Positions 51,230 through 59,055 of a stretch of 64,000 bases of DNA are shown here, piece by piece. Made by a program: the position numbers and the translations under genes. How positions within the stretch are numbered: position 1 is the stretch's first letter; each line of letters opens with the position of its first letter. This DNA is from an uncultured Gemmatimonas sp. (GTDB lineage: Bacteria > Gemmatimonadota > Gemmatimonadetes > Gemmatimonadales > GWC2-71-9). Location: NCBI GenBank assembly GCA_964649225.1, contig CAZYPO010000001.1, forward strand, positions 27,202 through 91,201. Reading direction: 5' to 3'. The notes under the pieces were generated by a model. That model did not search any database. It was not told the origin of the DNA and was given only the letters and a program-made list of their open reading frames with translations.

Positions 51230-54181
51230 TCAGAGCCCGAGAAAGAGGGTGAAGAAGAAGCTGCGGCTCGGCGGATACGGAGTTACGTCGATGTTCCGCG
51301 CAATGGGCTGGTTGCCGAAGTTGCTCACTTCGGGATCGAATCCGTGGTAGGGCGTGTGCAGCCAGAAGAGGTTTCGGGCGCTGAGCGATAGTCGCGCGCT
51401 CCGGACTCCGCCCCAGATCGAGCGCACCGTGTGCTGCGGTACGTCCCAGGAGACGGCGACTTCCCGAAACTTGATGAAACTGGCGTCTTCGATGTAGACC
51501 GAGGCCTGCCCCGACCCCCACGTGCTGATCCGCGTATTCCCCGCCGCCCCGTCAGGAGCGTTGCCGAATGCGTCCTGGAGCAGGCGGGTGAGGTTGACCA
51601 CGTTGCCTCCCTGCTGCCAGTCCGCCAGCACGTGGAGGTTGACGCCTTTGTAGCTCAGGTCGTTGGTGAACGACATCCGGAACTTCGGGGTGGCGTCCCC
51701 GAGGACCTTATCGCCACTGCCCGGACTCCCATCCGGATTGAGGAAGGTCCCCACGATCTGGGTGGCGGACTTGCCCTCTTCGATCCGAAAGGCGCCGAGG
51801 CTCGAGCCGAAACCACCGGTCTCGAAGGGTGGCACTGGCAGGTGCAGGATCCTGCTGTGATTCTTGGCGAAGGTGGTGCGCAAGAACCAGGTCGTGGTCC
51901 TGGTCTGCACGGGAATCAGCGCCGCGGCCACCTCGACCCCCTGGGTTCGGAGGGTGCCGCCGTTTAAGATCTCCTGGGCGAATCCCGAGGAGGGCGGGAG
52001 GTTCCTGGTGAGCAGGAGGTCGGTTACGGTCTTCCGGAAGTAACTTGCTTCGACTGAGAGCTTGTTGCGCCAGAACTGTCCGTCGAAACCCGCCTCGATT
52101 TCCTGCTCCCGCTCCGGCCGCAGCGTCGCGTTGCCTATCGTTCCCAGCACGACGGTTCCCCCGATGGTGCCAATGTTGAGGGTGCCGTTGAGCGGCGTGA
52201 AGCGCTGACCGTAGAGCGGCTCGTTCCCGGTCTGACCGAAGGCGGCGCGTAGCTTGAGCTCGTCCAAGAAGCCGAGCGATCCGCCCAGGATGCGATAGGA
52301 GGCCGCCGCTTTGGGGTAGTAGCGCAGCTTGTTGGGATCGGCGTTGAGGCTGGACTGATCCGCCCGAAGTCCGGCGGTCAGCGCTAGCCGCTCGTTGAGC
52401 AGCAGCACTTCCTCCTGCGCGTAGAAACCCAGGTCCTTGATCAGCGAGCGATTCTCCCGCACCCGTACGGAGGTCCCGGCGCTCACGTTTTCCTGGCCGG
52501 CGACGAGGTTGCGCGATTCGATACGGTTGATGTCCAGTCCCCGGCGCGCGTACTGCAGCCCCGCGGATGAGGTGGCCGTGAAGCCCGAGGCGCGGAAGGT
52601 GTGGACCGCCTGCCCCGCGATGTTCAGGTTGAGGTTGTCCGAGTTGCTCAGCAGCGACGTCCCCGGCAAGCCGTCGTCATCCTCGAATTGAAGGGTGGGC
52701 GGGGAAAAGATGTTGTTCTTCTGGATGAAGTAGTCCAGCCCGCCCACCGCTTGGAGCCGCAGCGAGCTTCTTTCGGTGGTGACCGGGGTGTACTGCAGCG
52801 TGCCGGATGAGATGAAGCGCCAGACATCTTCCTTGTTGGTGACCAGCGCCGCGGTCTGCAGCGGGTTCGATGCCTGGAAGGGATTGTCGGGGAAGGTCCC
52901 GTCTGCCCTGCGCCGCAGGTCCACGAAGCTCGGGGTCCCGGTGAGGATGTAGTAGTAGCTGACCCCGTTGTTGTCGTTGTTGGTGATCCCCCGGCTGGCC
53001 CGAGTGTGCAAGACGTTGGTGTTCACCAGCAGATTCAGCTTCTCACCGAACCGCTGGTCGAGGTTGAGCCGGATCGAATGCCGCCGGAACGAGGTGTTGT
53101 TGATGATCCCCGGTTCGTTTTCATAGGTGCCGGAGGCGTAATACCGGGTATTGTCGGTCCCGCCCGTGATGTTGACCGTAGTCTGAGCCGCGAGGTCCTT
53201 CGCGTTGGCCAGCTCCTTCTCATGGTCGTAGAACGGACAAGCGCCCCCGCCACAGTAGAGAGCGCCGTATCCCCTGCCGGGGCGTGCGGCATCCAATTCG
53301 GCCGCATCCTTGAAGCGCCGGCTCCCGATCCTGCGCAGCAGGGAGGAGAAGCCGAGTCGCTGGGAGATTTCGATCCTGGTGGTGCCCGGCAGCCCGCGCT
53401 TGGTGTGAATGATCACCACGCCGTTGGAGGCGCGCCCGCCATAGATCGCGGCGGCGGAGGCACCCTTCAGGATCTCGATGGACTCGATCTCCGCCGGGTT
53501 GAGGTCGGCAATCCGGTTGACCTGGCCGTCCTGGGTCAATGCCGGGTTCGAGCCGCCCGCCGCACCGGTGATCGCATTCGCGTTGGAGGGGATGGCGACG
53601 TCGCTCAGGATCACGCCGTCGACGATGTAGAGCGGCTCGGCCGTGGCGTTGATCGAGGTTACCCCGCGAAGGCGCACCTGCACGCCGCCACCGGGAGCGC
53701 CGCTATTGGTCGAGATCTCGGCCCCCGCCACTTTCCCCTGCAGTTGTTGCTCCAGGCTCGCCGTCGGATGGTAGCCGAGGTCCTCGGAACCGACCGTGGC
53801 GACCGCGTTGGGCAGGTTGCGTCGCTGGAGGCCGGTGGCCTGCCCGGTGACGACGATTTCCTCCATCTTGAAAACGTCTTTTTCGAGCATCACGCTCAAG
53901 CTGGTCGCGCCGGCGTCCAGCGCAACCTCGCGCCGGCGATAGCCGACCGCCCGCACCTGGATCGTCACCGCGCCGGCGGGAACCCCGTTGAGGGAATACT
54001 GCCCGGCGGCATTGGTGCCCGCGATGATCGAGGTGCCCTGCACGATCAACCGCGCGGCCTCGATCGGAGTGCCGTTGACGGTGTCACGCACCGTCCCGGT
54101 GACCGACCTCCCCTGGGCGAGCGCGGAGCCGGCCAGCGGGCCCAGCACCATCGCGGCCAGAATCACGCGCTGTATCGACAT
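51230..54181 (-). CDS. susC: SusC/RagA-family TonB-dependent outer-membrane transporter
   Basis: Track ORF trimmed by 104 codons to ATG 54181 (MSIQRVILAAMVLGPLAGSALAQG). CarboxypepD_reg domain 'GTVRDTVNGTPIEAARLIVQGTS..GQYSLNGVP'. Plug 'LQGKVAGAEI..VRLRGVTSINATAEPLYIVDGV'. About 980 aa of barrel. Confidence 0.9.
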   Translation of the reverse strand: MSIQRVILAAMVLGPLAGSALAQGRSVTGTVRDTVNGTPIEAARLIVQGTSIIAGTNAAGQYSLNGVPAGAVTIQVRAVGYRRREVALDAGATSLSVMLEKDVFKMEEIVVTGQATGLQRRNLPNAVATVGSEDLGYHPTASLEQQLQGKVAGAEISTNSGAPGGGVQVRLRGVTSINATAEPLYIVDGVILSDVAIPSNANAITGAAGGSNPALTQDGQVNRIADLNPAEIESIEILKGASAAAIYGGRASNGVVIIHTKRGLPGTTRIEISQRLGFSSLLRRIGSRRFKDAAELDAARPGRGYGALYCGGGACPFYDHEKELANAKDLAAQTTVNITGGTDNTRYYASGTYENEPGIINNTSFRRHSIRLNLDQRFGEKLNLLVNTNVLHTRASRGITNNDNNGVSYYYILTGTPSFVDLRRRADGTFPDNPFQASNPLQTAALVTNKEDVWRFISSGTLQYTPVTTERSSLRLQAVGGLDYFIQKNNIFSPPTLQFEDDDGLPGTSLLSNSDNLNLNIAGQAVHTFRASGFTATSSAGLQYARRGLDINRIESRNLVAGQENVSAGTSVRVRENRSLIKDLGFYAQEEVLLLNERLALTAGLRADQSSLNADPNKLRYYPKAAASYRILGGSLGFLDELKLRAAFGQTGNEPLYGQRFTPLNGTLNIGTIGGTVVLGTIGNATLRPEREQEIEAGFDGQFWRNKLSVEASYFRKTVTDLLLTRNLPPSSGFAQEILNGGTLRTQGVEVAAALIPVQTRTTTWFLRTTFAKNHSRILHLPVPPFETGGFGSSLGAFRIEEGKSATQIVGTFLNPDGSPGSGDKVLGDATPKFRMSFTNDLSYKGVNLHVLADWQQGGNVVNLTRLLQDAFGNAPDGAAGNTRISTWGSGQASVYIEDASFIKFREVAVSWDVPQHTVRSIWGGVRSARLSLSARNLFWLHTPYHGFDPEVSNFGNQPIARNIDVTPYPPSRSFFFTLFLGL

Positions 54182-54258
54182 AGAACCTCCCCACGGCATG
54201 GGTAAGACGGGAGTCGCCTCGGTTGGCTGCGGTATATTGCCGCTTGGGAGCGGTTTGG

Positions 54259-55677
54259 TCAACCGCCTCCCGGTAACCCCTTCCCTCCCGGGACGCCCAG
54301 CTCGGTCATCGCGCGCAGGTTGAGCACGTCCTCGAGCTCCTTGCCCTCGAGCAGCCCCTTTTGCACCACCAGCTCCTTCACGGTGAGTCCGCTGGCCACC
54401 GCTTCCTTCGCGAGCTTGGCCGCTTCGGCATACCCCAGTTTGGGCGCCAGCGCGGTGACCAGCGCGGGACTCCGCTCCAGCCAGTAGGCGCACTGCTCGG
54501 CGTCCGCCGCGATCCCGTGGACGCAGCGCTCATCGAAGATCCTGATGGCGTTGGCCAGAATCGTGAGCGCAAACACGATGTTGTGCGCCATAACGGGCAT
54601 CATCACATTGAGCTCGAGCTGCCCGGCCTCCGCGGCCAGGGCGACCGTGAGGTCGAGCCCGAGCACCTGATAGCACACCTGATTGACCATTTCCGCAATG
54701 GACGGATTCACCTTGCCGGGCATGATGCTGGAGCCCGGTTGCACCGCGGGCAGCAGGATCTCGGCCAGCCCGGTCCGCGGTCCGGAGGCGAGCAACCGGA
54801 TGTCGTTGGCGATCTTGTTGAGGTCCAGCGCGCAGGCCCGCACCGCGCCGCTGAAGCTGGCCGCATCACCCATGGACTGCATGAGCTGAATCCGGTCTTC
54901 GGCGGCGCGCACGTCCATGCGGGTTATGCTGCGCAACTCCTCCACCATGAGCCGGGGATACTCCGCCTCCGCGTTGAGTCCGGTGCCTACGGCGGTGCCG
55001 CCGATGTTGAGCGGACGGAGCCAGTCGGCCGCTTCGGCCAGCTTGGCGCGATGCCGCGCGACGGTGTGGCCGTACGCGGCGAACTCCTGCCCGAGGCGGA
55101 TCGGGGTTGCATCCTGCAGGTGCGTCCGGCCCGACTTGATGACGTCATCGAACTCGCGCCCCTTGGCCGCGAAGCTGCCGGCCAGTCCCTCCAGCGCGTC
55201 CAGCAGCAGCGGTAGCGTGGCCAGCGTCGCAAGGCGGAGCGCGGTGGGAATCACGTCGTTGGTGCTCTGCGCCATGTTGACGTGATCGTTGGGGTGCACC
55301 GGCGCATAGCTGCCGCGGGGGGCGCCCAGCAGCTCGTTGGCCCGGTTGGCGAGCACCTCGTTACAGTTCATGTTGTGGCTGGTGCCCGCCCCGGCCTGGT
55401 AGACGTCCACCACGAACTGATCGCGATACTGGCCGGCAAGCACTTCGTCGGCCGCGCACACGATGGCGTCGGCCAGCTTGGGATCGAGCCGCCCGGTCCG
55501 CCGATGGGTGAGCGCGGCGGCCTTCTTGATCCAGAGCACGGCGTCGACGAAAGCGGGAAGCGCCCGCAACCCGGAAATCGGGAAGTTCTCCACGGCGCGC
55601 AGCGTCTGGATGCCGTAGAGCGCTTCGGCGGGGACCTGCTTTTCACCCAAGGGATCTTTTTCGGTGCGGAAGGTCAT
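54259..55677 (-). CDS. aspA: aspartate ammonia-lyase
   Basis: Trimmed to ATG 55677 (MTFRTEKDPLGEKQVPAEALYGIQTLRAVENF). Signature 'GSSIMPGKVNP'. 'AAEAGQLELNVMMPV' is AspA-like. Confidence 0.92.
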   Translation of the reverse strand: MTFRTEKDPLGEKQVPAEALYGIQTLRAVENFPISGLRALPAFVDAVLWIKKAAALTHRRTGRLDPKLADAIVCAADEVLAGQYRDQFVVDVYQAGAGTSHNMNCNEVLANRANELLGAPRGSYAPVHPNDHVNMAQSTNDVIPTALRLATLATLPLLLDALEGLAGSFAAKGREFDDVIKSGRTHLQDATPIRLGQEFAAYGHTVARHRAKLAEAADWLRPLNIGGTAVGTGLNAEAEYPRLMVEELRSITRMDVRAAEDRIQLMQSMGDAASFSGAVRACALDLNKIANDIRLLASGPRTGLAEILLPAVQPGSSIMPGKVNPSIAEMVNQVCYQVLGLDLTVALAAEAGQLELNVMMPVMAHNIVFALTILANAIRIFDERCVHGIAADAEQCAYWLERSPALVTALAPKLGYAEAAKLAKEAVASGLTVKELVVQKGLLEGKELEDVLNLRAMTELGVPGGKGLPGGG

Positions 55678-56004
55678 ATGTCCCCATACTTCTTCGCCCC
55701 GGCGGCCTCTGCGGCGTTCGACGGGAGCAAGTTCGCGAAGCTCGACCTGGCGCGGGGTCAGCAGCTCTTCCTCGGCCTCAACTGCTTCGAGCCGGGACAA
55801 TCACAAGCGGTCCACCGCCATGCCGGCGCGGACAAATTCTATCTGATCCTCTCGGGGAACGCGAGGATGATCGTGGGAGAGGATTCGCGCGACGCCGGTG
55901 CCGGTACGCTGGTCTGGGCCCCGAGCGGCGTGCCCCACGGCGTGAAGCGCGCGCACGAGCGGACCGTCATACTGGTCGGAATGGCTCCGTCGCCCGCTCC
56001 CTGA
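55678..56004 (+). CDS. cupin-domain protein
   Basis: 3' part of track ORF 55282..56004, trimmed to ATG 55678. Cupin motif 1 is 'GQSQAVHRHAGADKFYLILSG' and motif 2 is 'GTLVWAPSGVPHGV'. GGAAGG SD lies 4 nt upstream. The start abuts the aspA start (CATATG). Confidence 0.7.
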   Translation: MSPYFFAPAASAAFDGSKFAKLDLARGQQLFLGLNCFEPGQSQAVHRHAGADKFYLILSGNARMIVGEDSRDAGAGTLVWAPSGVPHGVKRAHERTVILVGMAPSPAP

Positions 56005-56632
56005 GAAAGGGATTGCCGGCTCGCTCCCGCCCGATCGTGGTGAGCGGACCATGCCCCGGATAGACCAGCGTGGCATCCGGCAAGCTGAGCAGCTCGCGGC
56101 GGATGCTCGCGATCAGGGTATCGAAGTCCCCACCGGGCAGATCGGTGCGTCCGATGGATCCCTCGAAGAGCACGTCACCGCAGAGTACCGCGCCTTGCGC
56201 CACGAAACACACATGGCCGGGAGAATGGCCCGGCACGTGGCGGACCTCCAGCTCGACCCGCCCGATGCGGAGCCGCTGGCCGTGGGACAGCTCGGCATCG
56301 GGTGGCGGCGGCGCCGCGGCCGCGACCCCAAGCCACAGGCCCTGCTGGGGCAGCTCGTCATAGAGCTTGCGGTCGCCGGGATGCAGGTGGATCGGCGCGC
56401 CGGTAGCTGCGTGGATCGCCGCGACGCCGAGGATATGATCGAGATGCGCGTGGGTCAGCCAGATGGCGCTGATGTGACGCTCGAGGCGCGCGGCCTCGGC
56501 CAGGAAGCGCTCCGGTTCTTCCCCGGGGTCCACCAGCGCCGCCTCGGGATAGGCGGGATCAAACCCGAGGTAGCAGTTCTGCGCGAAGCGGCCGTTCGGG
56601 ATCGCGACGATCTCGAGAGCTGGAAGCGTCAG
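55967..56632 (-). CDS. MBL-fold metallo-hydrolase (glyoxalase II-like); start non-canonical
   Basis: 'WLTHAHLDHILG' (HxHxDH) and 'GHSPGH'. The conserved N-terminal strand region 'TLPALEIVAIPNGRFAQNCYLGFDPAYPEAALVDPG' lies upstream of the first ATG/GTG/TTG (track start 56533). The only plausible start is CTG 56632, overlapping the trxB TGA. Confidence 0.75.
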   Translation of the reverse strand: MTLPALEIVAIPNGRFAQNCYLGFDPAYPEAALVDPGEEPERFLAEAARLERHISAIWLTHAHLDHILGVAAIHAATGAPIHLHPGDRKLYDELPQQGLWLGVAAAAPPPPDAELSHGQRLRIGRVELEVRHVPGHSPGHVCFVAQGAVLCGDVLFEGSIGRTDLPGGDFDTLIASIRRELLSLPDATLVYPGHGPLTTIGRERAGNPFLRERATEPFRPV

Positions 56633-57594
56633 GCTGCCTCCGCGTTTCCCCTGGTCTTGCGATCCGTCAGGTATTTCTCGACGGCGATCGCCGCCGTGGT
56701 CGCGTCTCCCACCGCGGTGGTCACTTGCCGGGTCAGCTGCGCCCGCAAATCTCCGGCGGCGAAGAGGCCGGGGATCGAGGTCATCATCCGGTCGTCGGTG
56801 AGCAGATAGCCGGCGGCATCGTGCGCGACGTGGTCAATCACCAGCCCGCTGTTGGGCTGGAATCCGATGAACACGAAGCACCCCGTGACCGCCAGCCGCG
56901 AGTGCGCCCCGGTCACGGTGTCCTCGAGCTCCAGCCCGCGGAGTCCTTTCTCGTCTCCCACCATCTCCCGAACGCGGGTGTTCCAGATCACTTCGATCTT
57001 GGGGTTCTGCAGGGTGCGCTCCTGCAGCTGCTTGGAAGCGCGGAACTCGTCGCGGCGGTGAATCAGGTAGACGCGCGAAGCGTAGCGCGTGAGGTAATCG
57101 GCCTCCTCGACCGCCGCGTCGCCCCCTCCAATGACGGCGATGATCTCGCCTTTGAAGAAGGCGCCGTCACACACCGCGCAATAGGAGACCCCGCGCCCCG
57201 CGTATTCCAGCTCGCCGGCAACGCCGAGCTTGGTGGGCGTGCCGCCCGCCGTGAGGATGACGGCGGGAGCGTGGTACTCGGTCTCGGAGCTGGTGGTGAC
57301 GCGGAAGGTCCCGTCGGATAGCCGGTGGATTCCTTCGACGTTCTCCATCCGGATGTCCGCGCCGAATGCTTCCGCATGGGCGGCCATCTTGGCGGCGAGG
57401 TCCGCCCCCAGGATGGAAGTGAAACCGGGATAGTCCTCGATTTTCTCAGTATTGAGCAGCTCGCCCCCCGGAATCCCGCGTTCGAGCACCACGGACTTGA
57501 GCATGCCGCGGCCGGCGTACAGCGCGGCGCACAGGCCGGCAGGACCTCCCCCGACGATGATGAGATCGAGGTTGTTGACGGTGACCGGGCTCAT
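56629..57594 (-). CDS. trxB: thioredoxin-disulfide reductase
   Basis: 'LIIVGGGPAGL', redox-active 'CAVCDG', 'VIGGGDAAVEEA'. Confidence 0.95.
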   Translation of the reverse strand: MSPVTVNNLDLIIVGGGPAGLCAALYAGRGMLKSVVLERGIPGGELLNTEKIEDYPGFTSILGADLAAKMAAHAEAFGADIRMENVEGIHRLSDGTFRVTTSSETEYHAPAVILTAGGTPTKLGVAGELEYAGRGVSYCAVCDGAFFKGEIIAVIGGGDAAVEEADYLTRYASRVYLIHRRDEFRASKQLQERTLQNPKIEVIWNTRVREMVGDEKGLRGLELEDTVTGAHSRLAVTGCFVFIGFQPNSGLVIDHVAHDAAGYLLTDDRMMTSIPGLFAAGDLRAQLTRQVTTAVGDATTAAIAVEKYLTDRKTRGNAEAA

Positions 57595-57625
57595 GGGGTG
57601 GACAAATATAGATGCATCGAGGGAA

Positions 57626-58483
57626 TCACCCCGCCGCGCGTCGCTCCGAAAGTCGTTGCTCGATGAGCGCCAGCCACTCGGCGGGGACCTCCTGCGAGCC
57701 CATCAGTGCGTGGGTCGACTCCGCATCGAGATCGCCGTGCCAGTCGCTGCCCCCGGTTCGCAGCAGGTCGAGGGACAGCGCCAAGCCCGTGAGGCGGGCG
57801 CGCGCCTCGCCGTTGTGCCCGGGGTGGCGCGTCTCGACCGCGTCGAGTCCCTCTTGCTTGAAGGCGGTCAGCGCGAGGCGGGTGCCGCGCTCTTTCAGGT
57901 GCGCCGCCGAGACGATGCCTCCCACCGAATGCACCAGCTCAGCCACCGCGCGAAAGGTTGGCAACCGCTTCTCGACATAGGCCGGGCGTCCGCGGCCGAG
58001 CCACTGGTTGAAGGCGTCGTCCACGCTGGTCACCTTGCCGAGCCGAACCAGCGCGCGGGCGAGATGGGGGCGGCCCATGGCCGCGGCTCCCGTCTCCTCT
58101 ACCAGATCCTCGAACGAGACATCCACTCCCCAGGCCTGAAGGCCTTCCACCATCGCGCGCCCGCGCCGCACGCGGTCCTCACGACAGCGGCGCAGGAACT
58201 CGGCGAGGGTCGGATCGGTCGGCGGCAGGAAATAGCCGAGCACGTGGATTTCGCCCCAGGGAGCAGAGGTGGAGAACTCGCAGGCGCTCACCACCCGGAT
58301 GCCGAGCCGCTCGCCTTCCGCCTGAGCCTCCGGAATGCCCTCGAGCGTGTCGTGGTCGGTGAGGGCGATGGCGCTCAGACCCAGCTCGGCGGCTCGGCGA
58401 ACGACCGCGGCCGGGGGGAACAACCCGTCGGATGCCGAGGAGTGGAGGTGCAGATCGACCAGGGCCGGAGAAATCGAGCTCAG
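57626..58483 (-). CDS. PHP-domain metal-dependent phosphoesterase (TrpH/YciV-like); start non-canonical
   Basis: 'AIALTDHDTLEG', 'GGSDWHG'. The family's N-terminal 'VDLHLHSSASDG' motif is encoded in frame upstream of the track's TTG start (58423), and no ATG/GTG/TTG precedes it. Candidate starts are CTG 58483 (CTGA overlap) or ATT 58474. Confidence 0.72.
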   Translation of the reverse strand: MSSISPALVDLHLHSSASDGLFPPAAVVRRAAELGLSAIALTDHDTLEGIPEAQAEGERLGIRVVSACEFSTSAPWGEIHVLGYFLPPTDPTLAEFLRRCREDRVRRGRAMVEGLQAWGVDVSFEDLVEETGAAAMGRPHLARALVRLGKVTSVDDAFNQWLGRGRPAYVEKRLPTFRAVAELVHSVGGIVSAAHLKERGTRLALTAFKQEGLDAVETRHPGHNGEARARLTGLALSLDLLRTGGSDWHGDLDAESTHALMGSQEVPAEWLALIEQRLSERRAAG

Positions 58484-58743
58484 CGGCGGTACCCCAGCTC
58501 GGGTGAGGTCCAGGAGGGCTGCGAGACCCGGAAGAGCGCGACCAGCTCCGCGTCACTCAGCTGCGCGAGCGAGGTCTCGCGATTCTTGGCCAACAGCGGA
58601 GAGTAGCGCGCGATCCGATCCTCCGACCCCGCGGGCAACCGGGTGAAGCACAGCGCGAACTCGTCCTTGTCGTACTGGGTGATGCGGCCGGCGGGTGATA
58701 CCGCCCAGCGTTCACCGTTCACTTCGACGATGCGACGCGGCAT
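58480..58743 (-). CDS. hypothetical protein (87 aa)
   Basis: ORF only: MPRRIVEVNGERWAVSPAGRITQYDKDEFALCFTRL... No motif recognised. Tightly spaced within the gene string. Confidence 0.45.
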   Translation of the reverse strand: MPRRIVEVNGERWAVSPAGRITQYDKDEFALCFTRLPAGSEDRIARYSPLLAKNRETSLAQLSDAELVALFRVSQPSWTSPELGYRR

Positions 58744-58746
58744 GAG

Positions 58747-59052
58747 TCAGCTCTTCTTCAGAGGGACTTCTTCCCACAACACCCCGGCGTCGGCGGCATA
58801 GGCCGCGAGCGTGCGCAGCCGGACTTTGAGCGCAGCTTCGTCCGGATCGCCAGCGGCGCGGCTGCGATGCCGCTCGGCCGAGTCGCTTTCACTGAACTCG
58901 AGAAACGTGTCGCTCAGCGCCGGGTGTCGGAACAGCCAGAACGACTCGCCCCGCGCCCCGAGGCGCGCCGCGAGATCCCCCAGCGCCGCGAGATACGCGG
59001 CCTCGTCCTCCGGGCTGACCTTGGCCAGCGAAATGCTCAGCGTGCGGGGCAC
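58747..59052 (-). CDS. hypothetical protein (101 aa), possibly a small alpha+beta (ABM-like) fold
   Basis: ORF only; GTG start. 'ESFWLFRHPALSDTFLEFSESDS' is vaguely ABM-like. Lies 3 nt after the E2 stop. Confidence 0.45.
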   Translation of the reverse strand: MPRTLSISLAKVSPEDEAAYLAALGDLAARLGARGESFWLFRHPALSDTFLEFSESDSAERHRSRAAGDPDEAALKVRLRTLAAYAADAGVLWEEVPLKKS

Positions 59053-59055
59053 GCG

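Noticed and set aside
54182-54493. N-terminal extensions of track ORFs: SusC +104 aa, the WbpA-like gene +161 aa (32164..32646), rmd +94 aa (39149..39430), secA +22 aa, carB +31 aa, pyrF, bamD and others.
   Set aside because: The extensions are Arg/Gly/Ala-rich and overlap the upstream gene. The conserved N-termini (signal peptide, Rossmann GxGxxG and so on) begin at internal ATG/GTG codons that form neat junctions with the upstream stops.
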